Virus record (IMG/VR): IMGVR_UViG_3300011116_000925
Span: 24,486 to 88,485 of that record
Origin: a virus
Length of the DNA stretch: 64,000 bases
Direction: 5' to 3' (one strand)
The position numbers were made by a program, and so were the translations under genes. Shown one piece after another: positions 18,494 to 29,730 of the stretch (positions are counted from its first letter, which is position 1; each line of letters starts with the position of its first letter). A model generated the notes under the pieces. That model saw nothing but the letters and a program-made list of their open reading frames with translations. It ran no database searches and was not told the DNA's origin.

Positions 18494-20065
18494 CTATCTG
18501 AGTACATAGAAAGGTAATGGAACCTGTTTTTCTATTTCAAATTTCTCTGAAAATTGATTATAAATGCGTTCATCATAACTACTGATATATTGTCCCATTC
18601 TAATATTCAACAAGGTGGCAAGAACCAAATCATCATGTTCACCAATCTTTGCTTTATATGATCCACCTATTGCAATAAATGTTTTAAATTCACTTATCAG
18701 AGCTTTGCTATTAATTTTAATTCTATCAGATTCAATTAATGTTTTAATTTTACTACAGGCTGAAATTTTAGATTTTTGCGTGGTCGTAAATCCTTTTCTA
18801 TGTCTTCGAGTATTTCCCATTTTGGCTGGTTCAGTTAAAAATGTGCCTGGTATATTCTCTTCACCCATTTCTTCAATAACGATTAATGCTGCTTCACCTA
18901 TTGTATTATTTTCAATACTCCAATATATTGGTGCATCATCACCCGCACAATCACGAATAAACAAATTTATTTCTTTGAGTATCTTGATTTGATTTGTAAT
19001 AACCGTTCTATTATGTTGCCATTCTGCCACTTGTTCTAATGATGGCAATTCAAATACTTGAATCGCAGCGGAATCTCCACCTGTGCCTAAACTAGGATCC
19101 AAACTAGTTAGGTATGTATTTCCAGAAGAAGGTAATTTAAACCATCGAACCTGTCCTTGTTTTTGTATAGGTTCTTTTCCTTGCATGTTTGCTAATTTTA
19201 TTGGATTAATCAAGAGTTCATCATCTTGAATAAATTCTAAAGCATGTTCTCGTCTAAATTTTTCATCACCAATTCTACTTCTTTCTTCATTAGCCCATGC
19301 TTCATCTCTGTCAGGATGTGATTTCCAATCACATTTAAATGCTCTAAATCCATTAACTCCCAATTCTTTTTTATTTCCATATTCATCATATGTTCTATTT
19401 GCTTCTTTCCAAATTACAGCAAATGTATCTTCATCACTATTAGGAGTTGATGTAATAATAGCTTTTCCACCTGTACTAAGAGTTGGACTGATACTGGTCC
19501 AAAATTCAGCAGCGATACTTGGTCTGACATAGGAAAATTCATCACAATAGAGTAAACTAATAGCAAGACCTCGTCCAGTTGTTTCTGTTGTGGTCGTACT
19601 TATTATTCTACTTCCATTTATGAATGTAATACTTCCTTTATTATAATCTAATGCTGCATCTCGAATATGATTTGGCACGTTTTCATATGCAAATCGCACT
19701 CGATTCATAATTTCTTGAGAACCACTATATTTGTGGGCAGCGATCAAGATCGTACTATCCGGAATGAACATAGCATACCATAACAAATATGCGGCAGCAC
19801 AGGTCGTTTTTCCTAATTGCCTTCCAAGTAGGTTTATGCTAAATCTGTAATTATGATAGGTATGAACCAAATCCAATTGATATTGGTATGGTTCCAATAA
19901 TAATCTACCCTTTACAGGATGTTGAATATATACGAAATTCTTCATAAAATATACTGGTCCATCTACTGGATCAGCACATTTCATTAATTCCTCTTCTTCT
20001 TGTTCTGTATATCGTACTTGTGTTGATATGGTTTTAATAAACGTATTTTTGTTATAAGTTGACAT
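18494..20065 (-). CDS. terminase large subunit (T4 gp17-like)
   Basis: RQLGKTT, LLYCDEF, ITSTPN, LDPSLG, HDDLV. Confidence 0.95.
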   Translation of the reverse strand: MSTYNKNTFIKTISTQVRYTEQEEEELMKCADPVDGPVYFMKNFVYIQHPVKGRLLLEPYQYQLDLVHTYHNYRFSINLLGRQLGKTTCAAAYLLWYAMFIPDSTILIAAHKYSGSQEIMNRVRFAYENVPNHIRDAALDYNKGSITFINGSRIISTTTTETTGRGLAISLLYCDEFSYVRPSIAAEFWTSISPTLSTGGKAIITSTPNSDEDTFAVIWKEANRTYDEYGNKKELGVNGFRAFKCDWKSHPDRDEAWANEERSRIGDEKFRREHALEFIQDDELLINPIKLANMQGKEPIQKQGQVRWFKLPSSGNTYLTSLDPSLGTGGDSAAIQVFELPSLEQVAEWQHNRTVITNQIKILKEINLFIRDCAGDDAPIYWSIENNTIGEAALIVIEEMGEENIPGTFLTEPAKMGNTRRHRKGFTTTQKSKISACSKIKTLIESDRIKINSKALISEFKTFIAIGGSYKAKIGEHDDLVLATLLNIRMGQYISSYDERIYNQFSEKFEIEKQVPLPFYVLR

Positions 20066-20147
20066 GTATGTAATATACTTATATTATTAAATTAATAAGA
20101 TTAGTATAAATTCTTGACTTTACAGATAGATATGTTAAATATAATAT

Positions 20148-20678
20148 ATGAGTGACACACTTCTCCTGAACAAGGACTTTCGTCCTTTAAGCGTATTCCC
20201 TCTGAGTGTACTCAATTGGAAGACCGCAATCAAATTGATGTTTTTGGATCGAATCAATGTAATCCATTCACATGAAAATTGGAATGTTCATAGTCCTAGT
20301 ATGACCTTGCCAGTTCCAAGTGTGGCTGTCACAAAAGAATTCTTCACCATTAAACATGGAATCAAACTTACTAGGAAGAACATTTACATCAGAGATAACT
20401 GGCAATGCCAATATTGTTCTGATGTGTTTGATGACAAGGATCTAAGTATTGATCATGTGCTACCACGTAGCAAGGGTGGCAAAAACGAATGGACTAATCT
20501 TGTGACCAGTTGCAATACCTGTAATTGGGACAAGGGAAGTAAAATCATTAAACCAATTCGAATGCCATATAAACCTGATTATTTTAGTATGGTCAGTAAT
20601 TTGGATCTAAATAATGTTACAATTAAAGATCCCAGATGGCTAGATTATCTTAAGGCAGGAATGGGAAAGGCAGCTTAA
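20148..20678 (+). CDS. HNH endonuclease
   Basis: RDNWQCQYC...IDHVLPRSKGG...NLVTSCNTCN. Confidence 0.9.
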   Translation: MSDTLLLNKDFRPLSVFPLSVLNWKTAIKLMFLDRINVIHSHENWNVHSPSMTLPVPSVAVTKEFFTIKHGIKLTRKNIYIRDNWQCQYCSDVFDDKDLSIDHVLPRSKGGKNEWTNLVTSCNTCNWDKGSKIIKPIRMPYKPDYFSMVSNLDLNNVTIKDPRWLDYLKAGMGKAA

Positions 20679-20690
20679 AGCTGCCTTTTT
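20666..20690. terminator. bidirectional intrinsic terminator
   Basis: AAAGGCAGCT-TAA-AGCTGCCTTTTT between convergent genes. Confidence 0.75.
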
Positions 20691-20696
20691 CATGTC

Positions 20697-21656
20697 TTAG
20701 TCGCCTCGCATATTTGCAAGTTCGTGATCTTCTTGACCTCGTACCGCATGAAATGGTCTAAAATATTCCTTTAGGTCTGCTGGATCTAAGAAATATTCGT
20801 GGTCATCAAACATATCACCATAAATGCCACTATCGGCGTAATCCCTAATTCCTTGAGCAAAACTCTTAATTTTAATTATACCACTATCTGAAGCCATCAT
20901 TATATTTGGCTTTCTAACGTCCATCAAATAGCTATATGAACCACCTTTAAACCAAGCCTTACCTTTGAAATACATTTTCAAAGTTTTAATGATATCATTA
21001 TTAAATTCTGCTATATCTTCATCTGTATGAACTGGCTTTCGCATCACTTCATTGAATTGATCCATTTCGAATATTTCAATATAATCATTTTTATAATTAT
21101 TATATTTTGTTTCTAATTTGTTTGTATCAATACTTTCCTTGATGTTTGATTTTTTACGTTTTGACAATTCTTTTCTAACATTTCGAAGATAAGAAGCAAA
21201 AGCTTCTCCTAAATCTGTATCGTCTTTATATTTGTTCCAAACCTTTTGCAATTTTTCTGTAGTCATCAATGCAATTTTAGATTTCTCTGCACTTTCACCT
21301 AAGCGATTATCACCACCATCTTTTCCTCTAGAATTTAATCTCTGTAAATTTCTTTTAAGAGCAAATTCTGAATTTGTTTGTTGTGAGGCTGTCATTTCAT
21401 CTGGTTCATTTGCATAATCTTCACCAAATTCTACTTCATGTTTTATTTCTGGTTCAGCAACTGCGACCACTTCTGTTCCAGTATCCAATTTATTTGATGC
21501 CATAGAATCAATTTCTGGTCCTTGATTAGGGACACCACTTAAACGCAATAATGCCATGACTTCATCTGAATATGGAGTATTGAGATTGATATTACTGGTA
21601 GATCCATCAGAATTAGTTTTACTAATTGACAATGAATATGTTTTTTTGTCTTCCAT
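20697..21656 (-). CDS. hypothetical protein, probable head component
   Basis: Structural region; several x-x-E putative protease sites. Confidence 0.55.
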   Translation of the reverse strand: MEDKKTYSLSISKTNSDGSTSNINLNTPYSDEVMALLRLSGVPNQGPEIDSMASNKLDTGTEVVAVAEPEIKHEVEFGEDYANEPDEMTASQQTNSEFALKRNLQRLNSRGKDGGDNRLGESAEKSKIALMTTEKLQKVWNKYKDDTDLGEAFASYLRNVRKELSKRKKSNIKESIDTNKLETKYNNYKNDYIEIFEMDQFNEVMRKPVHTDEDIAEFNNDIIKTLKMYFKGKAWFKGGSYSYLMDVRKPNIMMASDSGIIKIKSFAQGIRDYADSGIYGDMFDDHEYFLDPADLKEYFRPFHAVRGQEDHELANMRGD

Positions 21657-21665
21657 AATTATTCC

Positions 21666-22334
21666 TTATCTAACCTTCAATCCTTTAGGATTTCTTGGAT
21701 CTGGTAATTTATTTTGTATGCTGCCAATTGGACTTGCTGTTCCACCTTTATCTAATTCTTTAATTGGCATTTCTGGTTTAATGTCACCAGCAGCATACTT
21801 ATTCATATTTCGATTCTTAATTCCTTCTTTAACCTTAGCAACTAATTTTTTATTATATTCATCTCCATAATAATCAATTGTGGTTATTTTTGGTGCATCT
21901 TTATATTCACTATCCATCAATCGGCTCTTGGCCATTTTTTCTTCAGGAGTTAATTTTTTTGAAGATTCTAAATCTTCACGATTTCTAACTAAATTATCTT
22001 GATCTAATTCACCTGGATGATCTGGACCAATTACTCTTACTTCATTCATTGGAATTCGTAACGAATCACTTACAAATTGTTCTAATATTTGATGTGTTAC
22101 TGGATAACTGCAAACTCCATCCATAATCCATAATTCAGTATTTGTTAAATTAGTAAAATCCATAGGCTTTGCTTGAATAATAGTTTTCTTTGGTTCGGTG
22201 AGTGATTTCAATCCAAATTTTACCATACTTTTTTCAAGCAATGATATCATGTCTGATGTAGGTTCTATGGCTAATTTGAGTCTGAATTTATATTCTTTCT
22301 CGCTTTCCATCAAGTATTTTGTGAAATTTTTCAT
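21666..22334 (-). CDS. hypothetical virion-associated protein
   Basis: MKNFTKYLME leader resembles T4 internal-protein targeting sequences. Confidence 0.6.
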   Translation of the reverse strand: MKNFTKYLMESEKEYKFRLKLAIEPTSDMISLLEKSMVKFGLKSLTEPKKTIIQAKPMDFTNLTNTELWIMDGVCSYPVTHQILEQFVSDSLRIPMNEVRVIGPDHPGELDQDNLVRNREDLESSKKLTPEEKMAKSRLMDSEYKDAPKITTIDYYGDEYNKKLVAKVKEGIKNRNMNKYAAGDIKPEMPIKELDKGGTASPIGSIQNKLPDPRNPKGLKVR

Positions 22335-22353
22335 ATATTTTCAATCCTATATC

Positions 22354-22839
22354 TTATTTAGTAAATCTTGATTCCTTATTAGCCTTTAATAAAGCATTAC
22401 GATCTAATATCCGTGCCTGTCCAGGAATAGAAGTATCAACTGTATTAATTAATTGTTCTTGAATATCAATTCTCTTCTTTTTAATCTGTAGATCAATGAT
22501 TCTTAATTTTTTATCATTCTTATGGATTTGTAGATCAATAGCATTTCTCAACATTTGTGTCGCCACTTCAAATATTTTACCACTAAATCTAGCTTCTAGA
22601 TTATTTCCTAGTTCCATTAAATCATGATAACTTTGTTTCGCAGTTTCAATTAATTCATTAATATCGCTATCATCAGTTAATCCGTTGATTTGTCTTAATG
22701 CAGCATCTATTTTATCTCGAACTTCGTCTGGCATATCTGTCATAGACATTATATCTAACATAGTTTTTTCAGTCGATTTTGATATTGAATTAGATTCCAT
22801 TGGATCTAGATCAAATACTTCTTCTAAATGTCGAGTCAT
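22354..22839 (-). CDS. possible terminase small subunit
   Basis: Helical; IFEVATQML...IDLQIKK resembles gp16-like proteins; near terminase. Confidence 0.4.
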   Translation of the reverse strand: MTRHLEEVFDLDPMESNSISKSTEKTMLDIMSMTDMPDEVRDKIDAALRQINGLTDDSDINELIETAKQSYHDLMELGNNLEARFSGKIFEVATQMLRNAIDLQIHKNDKKLRIIDLQIKKKRIDIQEQLINTVDTSIPGQARILDRNALLKANKESRFTK

Positions 22840-22846
22840 AATTTAC

Positions 22847-23278
22847 TTATTTCTTAGTATTTTTAAAAAGATCATGTTCAGTCAATATTCTAAATGTGAT
22901 ATTATTTTGTTTGCACCAACTTTGAGCAGCTTTCCATTTTGCTTCATTTATTATGGCATGCATTTTATTAATATTACTTCTGCCTGCATTCTCTAGAGTA
23001 GTTTGTGAACTTGGTTTTATTTCAATCAATTCACAGATCTGTTCCTGATTTTTATTTTTATATATAATTAAAAAATCAGGAACATAAGTTGTCTTTTTAT
23101 TTGTAGTCGGATTTATATATGGAATTCGTAGTGGTTCACTTGCCCATTTAATCACACTATTATTTTCATCAAGAAATTTCATAAAATGACCTTCCCAACT
23201 ACTTCTAAACCTAGGTTTGTTATTTCCAATATATTTGTGTTGGTTTTTAATTTTATAAAAACCCTGAGCCCATTTCAT
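22847..23278 (-). CDS. head completion nuclease (T4 gp4-like)
   Basis: RSSWE, WASE, YVPDF, IEIKP, NEAKWKAA, LTE. Confidence 0.85.
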   Translation of the reverse strand: MKWAQGFYKIKNQHKYIGNNKPRFRSSWEGHFMKFLDENNSVIKWASEPLRIPYINPTTNKKTTYVPDFLIIYKNKNQEQICELIEIKPSSQTTLENAGRSNINKMHAIINEAKWKAAQSWCKQNNITFRILTEHDLFKNTKK

Positions 23279-23658
23279 TATTCAACCAACATATGTTCTA
23301 CCAATGTATTTGTGGTCGTAGAAATTCTAAAACCAATATAACTATTTTTTGTTCTAGATCTGTTTAATAACTGTGCTGTTTGATAATTCAATTGCAGTCC
23401 ATTGGGAGTATATAAACTTTTTGCCAATTGAAAACTGTTTATTCCAGCGACCTTAGCTTCTGCCAATATACTGAATGTTAGAGTATATGTACTCACATCA
23501 TCTAAACGTAATGATTTAAATAACCCATAGACCATACCAAATTCATTTGTATCAAAACTAAATGTTTGATTATAAAATCCATTATAAAAACTCAGAGTTA
23601 TGTTTGGATTAGTAGGTGGTAAATTTGTTACTGGATAATTTACGGTTGTCGAAGACAT
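23278..23658 (-). CDS. hypothetical structural-region protein
   Basis: TAAATA-N4-ATG start. Confidence 0.6.
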   Translation of the reverse strand: MSSTTVNYPVTNLPPTNPNITLSFYNGFYNQTFSFDTNEFGMVYGLFKSLRLDDVSTYTLTFSILAEAKVAGINSFQLAKSLYTPNGLQLNYQTAQLLNRSRTKNSYIGFRISTTTNTLVEHMLVE

Positions 23659-23672
23659 ATAATATTTATTTG

Positions 23673-24773
23673 TTATTCACTTGCTGGTGAAGAAGGTGGA
23701 CTAGACGGTGAATTTCCACCACCAGATCCAGAACCAGATCCACCACTGAAAAATGCGCTTCCAATACCTACTGCTGCAATTCCTGCTCCTATTATAGGCA
23801 ACGAAGATGCGGCGCCACCTAATGGATTGGTAATTTGTTGATTAAATTGTGGACCTGTAAACAATCCACCTGTATTAGCATTGAAAATATTATTATTGTT
23901 GGGTACTTTATTAGTCAATGGGCTTGGCGTTTTATCATAAATTAAATCAGCAAATCCAGGTGGAGTTCCCTTTTGAATATAACCAGTAGCATAGAGAACT
24001 CCACTGTAGCCAAATGTAATACTAATATCTCTAGGATCAGCACTGGCTGCTTCCATTTCACCACTTTGCATAGACATAATCCAAGGATTCATAATACTAT
24101 GCATGGTAAACATACCCTTACTAAAATTGTAAAAATCAATTGCTAAAAAGAAATCTTTAAGAGTTCGTGTTTGAAATCCCCAATTATTATAATTTCGCAC
24201 ATCTTTAATTACATCTGGTGCGTATCCAGTTTTTCTCGGCACATTCGGATCACCATAAAAATACTTATAGTAGTTATTCCATAAATTAATTACGGTATTA
24301 TTACTATCATCATGAAATACTATTGTTACAGGATCATATTTAATTCCAGTGAACACTGGAACCTTTTTATTGTATTGATTTTTTTCATCAGAAATCAAAG
24401 TAAATTTCGGAAGATCAACATGCTTTGCTAATGTACCAAGCTGTCTAACTCGTATACCTTCAGAAGGGTCCCCAAATAAATTATTCAATAATCTATTTGG
24501 TGTATTCATAACATCAGTGATGGTGTTCAATACGCCCTGTATTTGACCTAATATATTATTTCCAAATCCATTGTTAGAACTATTTTGTTTTAATTCATTT
24601 ATATTCTTCATTACACTTGGATTAGGTCGAACCAAGACTGAATATAAATGCTTATGCTTTGGGACTAGTTGATAATAATTGTCAACGAATACTCTAGCAG
24701 CATGTTGATAATCCCGGAGACCGACATTCGGATCTATTGTGCCGGCCCCCCAAAAAGTATCTCCAAAAGCCAT
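23673..24773 (-). CDS. tail tube-like / baseplate tube initiator (gp48/gp54-like)
   Basis: VDLPKF...YDPVTIVFHDD tube-fold pattern; follows the tube gene. Confidence 0.6.
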   Translation of the reverse strand: MAFGDTFWGAGTIDPNVGLRDYQHAARVFVDNYYQLVPKHKHLYSVLVRPNPSVMKNINELKQNSSNNGFGNNILGQIQGVLNTITDVMNTPNRLLNNLFGDPSEGIRVRQLGTLAKHVDLPKFTLISDEKNQYNKKVPVFTGIKYDPVTIVFHDDSNNTVINLWNNYYKYFYGDPNVPRKTGYAPDVIKDVRNYNNWGFQTRTLKDFFLAIDFYNFSKGMFTMHSIMNPWIMSMQSGEMEAASADPRDISITFGYSGVLYATGYIQKGTPPGFADLIYDKTPSPLTNKVPNNNNIFNANTGGLFTGPQFNQQITNPLGGAASSLPIIGAGIAAVGIGSAFFSGGSGSGSGGGNSPSSPPSSPASE

Positions 24774-24779
24774 AAATTA

Positions 24780-25397
24780 TTAACCTGTTGATCCAGTTCC
24801 TACCGTACGAGTTACCGCAGTACCAATTCCAGTTCCTACTGGAGTCTGTAGAGCATTATCAAATTGCACTGTTAATGAAATTGTTGCTGGTTCATTGCTT
24901 CCATAATTTAATTCATTATAATTAGCTTCAGTAACATAACATCCATACAATTCCCATGTTTCTAAGGTATTTACGGTATCTGCACCGTTACCACCATCAA
25001 GAATTTCAATATGAGACTGAAATTTATAATCAATACCACTTGCGGCACTAGCCTGTTCTGCAAAATCAAATTGTTTCTGTAATTGTTCACCAACTAAACG
25101 AGCAACATTATTTGTTACTTCATCCTTAACCTGAATGGTTATTGGATTCCAGGTATGTTTTCCAGCAATATTAATTTTACTGTTATAAACATCTAAAACA
25201 ATGTTTTCAAACGTAACCTGTGGACGGGTAACATCCATAATCTGTTTTGTTAATTCAGTACTTGGTTGTGTTACACCAAAACCAATAAAAGTTACTCTGA
25301 ATCGATATTTTAACTTCGGCATCAAGAGACCTTGAGCACTAGCACTCTGATCACTGCTCAATGGGACTGACATTTTTGTCAAACTTGCAACTGCCAT
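24780..25397 (-). CDS. tail tube protein (gp19-like)
   Basis: PKLKYRFRV, GKHTWNPITI, WELYGCY; directly after the sheath. Confidence 0.85.
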   Translation of the reverse strand: MAVASLTKMSVPLSSDQSASAQGLLMPKLKYRFRVTFIGFGVTQPSTELTKQIMDVTRPQVTFENIVLDVYNSKINIAGKHTWNPITIQVKDEVTNNVARLVGEQLQKQFDFAEQASAASGIDYKFQSHIEILDGGNGADTVNTLETWELYGCYVTEANYNELNYGSNEPATISLTVQFDNALQTPVGTGIGTAVTRTVGTGSTG

Positions 25398-25487
25398 TTA
25401 TTTCTCCTCAATAAAGTTCATATAATTATTTATTGAAATAGATATTAAATCATTAAGTATATTGTTAATTCAATACCATAAGACATG

Positions 25488-25513
25488 GAAAAAGGTCCTG
25501 TAGGACCTTTTTC
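25488..25513 (-). terminator. intrinsic terminator after the sheath gene
   Basis: GAAAAAGGTCCT..AGGACCTTTTTC hairpin. Confidence 0.75.
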
Positions 25514-25523
25514 ATTTATCAAA

Positions 25524-28500
25524 TTATACCGCTTGAGCGCCATGTATTGTTCCAGTTGCCTTTAAGCGTATTGGAATGTAGATAAATTCGACTGCTCTAA
25601 CTGGTTCAATGGCTATATCTACCCAAAGTTCATTTCTATCAATTCTTGTTGGTGTATTATTACTCTCATCACAGACAACCAAGAAATCATATAATCCTCG
25701 TCGTGTTGTTAGATCATTCATCATTCGATCAATGACACCTTTGATTTCACTTCTAGTGATTTTATCATTAGGTTCAAATATAAACGGACGACTTATAATA
25801 TCTAGCTGCCTACGAAGATAAACAACCAACCTAGCTACGTTTACTCGATCTTCAGAAGTTTGTATTGCACTTAGTGTCTTCTGACCCATTGCAACTAAAC
25901 CACTTCCTGGAATAAACAACAATGGATTAATTTTAGAAGTATATAATGAATCTTCCTGTCCAGCAGTTAATCCAACTGGCTTAAATTCTCCATCTGTACT
26001 ACTAACATATCCAACATTAACTAAGTTAGACAATATTCCTCGACGTAATCCTGCTGGCGCAAACCACTGTTCACCAACAGCATCATTATATGCAAATGTT
26101 CTCAACATTGCATGGCTTGCTGGTACCGCTACATTTGCTCCACTCAAACTAGTTGCATATCCATTAGGATAATATATAGAACTATATGTATAGGATATCG
26201 TCAATCCATCTTCACCAGTTTCTGCAGCATTATTAGAATTATTGACCCAATTTAGAATATTAGTGGTGCTATTATCCAATCTCATTGGAGTTTCACCAAT
26301 GATAAATGCTGTTTCTTTACGATCTATATTTAGATTTACTAGGTCCGGCATCAATTCAGGATATCCAGGAGCAGCAATTAAATTAAAGAACTTACTAGGA
26401 TCTCTAATTTCATAACTTGCATTTACTGCCGCTGCCAAAGCCTGTACAACACTGGCTCTCTGTGCCTTTCTAGCTCCATATAATGATCCATTGGCTTTCG
26501 TTCCACTATGTAATACCCAACGATCCTGCCATTCTGGAAGATCATCACTCATTCTGGTATTTCCATCAGGATAATCATTTGGATTCAACAATGATGGTTT
26601 ATATTGTCTAACTACCATTCCACTAATACGAGTATTAAACAATAACATACCTCGTGGATACAATGTTGGATCTGGAGCATCCGGATCTAAATAATCAGAT
26701 ACCAATAAATCTGCTGGCAACACACTACCAGTTGTTTCACCAGTAGAATTTACTCTGGCATCATGAAATAGTATTCCTTGCATGGATGTTTGATCAGTAT
26801 CATCTAATAAATTCCAATTTAGGCCATCATAACGATAAATTCTAGGATAATTATCCAAATCTGATGTATCCAACCATAAATCATTTGATACTAAACTTGT
26901 GTTATCGCTCTGTGTGGATGGTTTACTTGCTGCAACAATCACACCACCTGGATCTGTTGTAGCATTTGCAGATATATTCTTATATCCTACCCATGTCGTT
27001 CCATTATGTTGCATTATATCAATTGAACTGATATTTGTATCATACCATAATGTATTTGCATCTGGATTGCTCGTAGGAGTTGCTGCACTTGCTTCATATG
27101 AAAGCAATGACCAATTACTATAAGTTCCCGCATCAATTCCTGCTGCTGCCAATGGATTTCCAGTTCCTTCTGCCAACACAATTTCATCACCAATTGAATT
27201 TCTTATTTCAATTGCACCTGATGTCAATACAATTGCTGTGACATGTGAAACATTGGCAGCACTGACTGCTGTCACGAAATCTGCTGCTGTGTTTCCTCCA
27301 ATAGTCACTGTTGATCCATTTAATGTAAATGTATGTCCAGATGTTACTGAAGGACTAGTATCAGTTCCAGTAACTGCATTAGGAACATTTCCTTCCCAAT
27401 ATTTTATTTTGAAACTTCCCGTTGAATCATTTGAAACGTCATAATCAACATAAATTACACCAGTAACTATATTACTAGCGTCTCCAGATCCTTCATATGC
27501 GGTAATTGCCGCTGCATTATTTGCATACAACGGAGCCTGCATTGTCACCCACGAACCAGCCACGCTATCATATTTCTTAACCACAAATTTTCCACCTAGA
27601 TTTGGTGATGTAGTTTTAATCCACAAGCTACCATCTGGTCTTGGACTTGAATCTGTAGAAAAATATTGTGGAATCTGTGTATGAGTTGCATAAGTTAAAA
27701 TTGGCTTACGATAAGTTTTAGCAGTAATATGAAGTTGAGTTAACAAACCTCCGTTACTTCCACCACCTATTACAACATCAAGGCTTTCACTATAAATTTC
27801 TAATTTATTGTTTACAACTGCCGCAGTAATACCTGCTGTACTTAAAGTAGAATTAAGATTAATTACTGAAACTAATCCTGAGCTCAATGACGTTCCTGTC
27901 GTTGTAATTGTTGTTCCATTGATAACCAGATCAACTGCACTCGTTATGGTTGATACCGTAGCAGTGCTTTTGACTGTAGCCCATTTTGATCTCCAGTCAT
28001 TGCTTCCAACTTGATACCAAGCGTTATCAGATGCTTTGTAAAATACTTTATTATCAGTTGAAGTTGTATTAATTGCATAACTTCCAATAGTTCCATAACT
28101 TCCAATAGGAGTTCCAGTGTCAATATAACTGGAATCTGTAATTAATAACGGTACCTTATTTTTAAATACTTGATTTGCGGCATCCCATTCAAAAATTCCA
28201 AACAAACTGTTTGATAAATCAAACCAATAAGTCCCATTTACTGGAATTCCCACTGGAGCAGATGCTGATCCAGCTAATTGTGCTAAATCTATATCTGCTC
28301 GCTGAATATATGCACTGTTACTCAATCCTAAGTAACTATATGCTGCAAATAATCCATATTCACTAACTTCACTGCCTTGAACCACGGTATTAAAACCATC
28401 TACTTGAAAAGTTGGAATTCCAAATGTTTCAGTAAGTTCTCTCTGGCTACCAATTTTATAAAGCTTAGTTGCATTCGCTGGTAATGTACCTTGTGCAAGG

Positions 28501-28631
28501 CTACTACCACTTGCCGCAGTTTTATTTGCAGATGTTGCAACTAGAATATAAGGTATCGTGCCTGGTTCTCCAGGTACGTAGACAGAATCGTCTATAACTG
28601 TAATTTGTGTTCCTGGACTCAATAATGCCAT
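25524..28631 (-). CDS. tail sheath protein (gp18-like) with large insertions
   Basis: MALLSPG, WFAPAGLRRG, RVNVARL, FEPND, CDESNN; AGGAG SD supports start 28631. Confidence 0.92.
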   Translation of the reverse strand: MALLSPGTQITVIDDSVYVPGEPGTIPYILVATSANKTAASGSSLAQGTLPANATKLYKIGSQRELTETFGIPTFQVDGFNTVVQGSEVSEYGLFAAYSYLGLSNSAYIQRADIDLAQLAGSASAPVGIPVNGTYWFDLSNSLFGIFEWDAANQVFKNKVPLLITDSSYIDTGTPIGSYGTIGSYAINTTSTDNKVFYKASDNAWYQVGSNDWRSKWATVKSTATVSTITSAVDLVINGTTITTTGTSLSSGLVSVINLNSTLSTAGITAAVVNNKLEIYSESLDVVIGGGSNGGLLTQLHITAKTYRKPILTYATHTQIPQYFSTDSSPRPDGSLWIKTTSPNLGGKFVVKKYDSVAGSWVTMQAPLYANNAAAITAYEGSGDASNIVTGVIYVDYDVSNDSTGSFKIKYWEGNVPNAVTGTDTSPSVTSGHTFTLNGSTVTIGGNTAADFVTAVSAANVSHVTAIVLTSGAIEIRNSIGDEIVLAEGTGNPLAAAGIDAGTYSNWSLLSYEASAATPTSNPDANTLWYDTNISSIDIMQHNGTTWVGYKNISANATTDPGGVIVAASKPSTQSDNTSLVSNDLWLDTSDLDNYPRIYRYDGLNWNLLDDTDQTSMQGILFHDARVNSTGETTGSVLPADLLVSDYLDPDAPDPTLYPRGMLLFNTRISGMVVRQYKPSLLNPNDYPDGNTRMSDDLPEWQDRWVLHSGTKANGSLYGARKAQRASVVQALAAAVNASYEIRDPSKFFNLIAAPGYPELMPDLVNLNIDRKETAFIIGETPMRLDNSTTNILNWVNNSNNAAETGEDGLTISYTYSSIYYPNGYATSLSGANVAVPASHAMLRTFAYNDAVGEQWFAPAGLRRGILSNLVNVGYVSSTDGEFKPVGLTAGQEDSLYTSKINPLLFIPGSGLVAMGQKTLSAIQTSEDRVNVARLVVYLRRQLDIISRPFIFEPNDKITRSEIKGVIDRMMNDLTTRRGLYDFLVVCDESNNTPTRIDRNELWVDIAIEPVRAVEFIYIPIRLKATGTIHGAQAV

Positions 28632-28735
28632 CGTATTAAAACTCCTAATAGTATATTGATATTTAGCTAAACCCATCAATTTAACTCTTCTTAAGTTATT
28701 TTCTATGACCTTTAAAAAAGATATTAAATAAGAGT

Positions 28736-29071
28736 ATGAGACCTAAATGTTTAATCTGTAATAATCCCAAGGCAATAAATTATAGAAAAAACAATAAAAC
28801 CTATTACAGAAAAACATGTAATAGATGTATGGTCAATTCAGACAAAAAGAAACCTCTTCATTGGGAACGAAGCGGTTATAAGAAAAAATTAATATGTGAT
28901 AGATGTGGATATAGAGCTAAAAATTTAATTCAACTTGATGTCTTTCATATTGATGGCGATTTACGCAATTGTAAGATAGGAAATCTTAAAACAATTTGTG
29001 CAAATTGTCAACGAGTATTTGGAACCATAGAACATTCATGGAAAACTGGTGATTTAATTCCTGATATGTGA
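28736..29071 (+). CDS. Zn-binding HNH-like protein
   Basis: Four CxxC motifs; HIDGD...NLKTICANC. Confidence 0.65.
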   Translation: MRPKCLICNNPKAINYRKNNKTYYRKTCNRCMVNSDKKKPLHWERSGYKKKLICDRCGYRAKNLIQLDVFHIDGDLRNCKIGNLKTICANCQRVFGTIEHSWKTGDLIPDM

Positions 29072-29689
29072 TAACATGATTTGATCGATAGATGAATGCA
29101 AATCTGATATGGTTTTGTTATTTTCAATGTGATATTTGTGTGGATGAATTATCCATTCATATTCACTAGCATGTACTTCTGGATAATATAATGTCATATG
29201 CCGTCGTAAATCCTTTATATCATCATATTCCAAAGTTGCCCATTCTGGATCTGGACCGCGACGAACACGTATTGTGGCTCCTCCTAATTTTTCGATCATA
29301 TTGATCTCATTTTGAAATCTACAATCACTCATGACAAATTTACCATGAATCTCACCTAATAGATCATATTCTAAACTCGCAATCCAGATATCATCATGAA
29401 ATCCTCGACGAGCTACTTCTGTCCCCCATTTTTGTAACGCGATTCGTGGTGAAAATCCTGGCATATTCAATCTTTTTGCCCACCAGGTATCTTCTTGTTC
29501 TCTCCAATCTCGGCTTTCTTTAGAATCACCTTCTAATAATTTTCTAGGCCAATGAAAAATATGAGATACTGCATCTTTTAATGGATCTGCAAAACTCACT
29601 TGTTTATAATTATAATTATCAACTAGATATTTGGCCACGGTGTCTTTACCACTGCCAATATATCCAACAATACCAAATATTTGAAGCAT
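29054..29689 (-). CDS. deoxynucleoside monophosphate kinase (T4 gp1-like)
   Basis: GSGKDT, FADPLK, PRIALQKWGTE, SDCRF, HASE. Confidence 0.88.
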   Translation of the reverse strand: MLQIFGIVGYIGSGKDTVAKYLVDNYNYKQVSFADPLKDAVSHIFHWPRKLLEGDSKESRDWREQEDTWWAKRLNMPGFSPRIALQKWGTEVARRGFHDDIWIASLEYDLLGEIHGKFVMSDCRFQNEINMIEKLGGATIRVRRGPDPEWATLEYDDIKDLRRHMTLYYPEVHASEYEWIIHPHKYHIENNKTISDLHSSIDQIMLSHIRN

Positions 29690-29730
29690 ACTGGTATTAT
29701 ACTGATTAGACTTCAGTCTTGTCTATATTT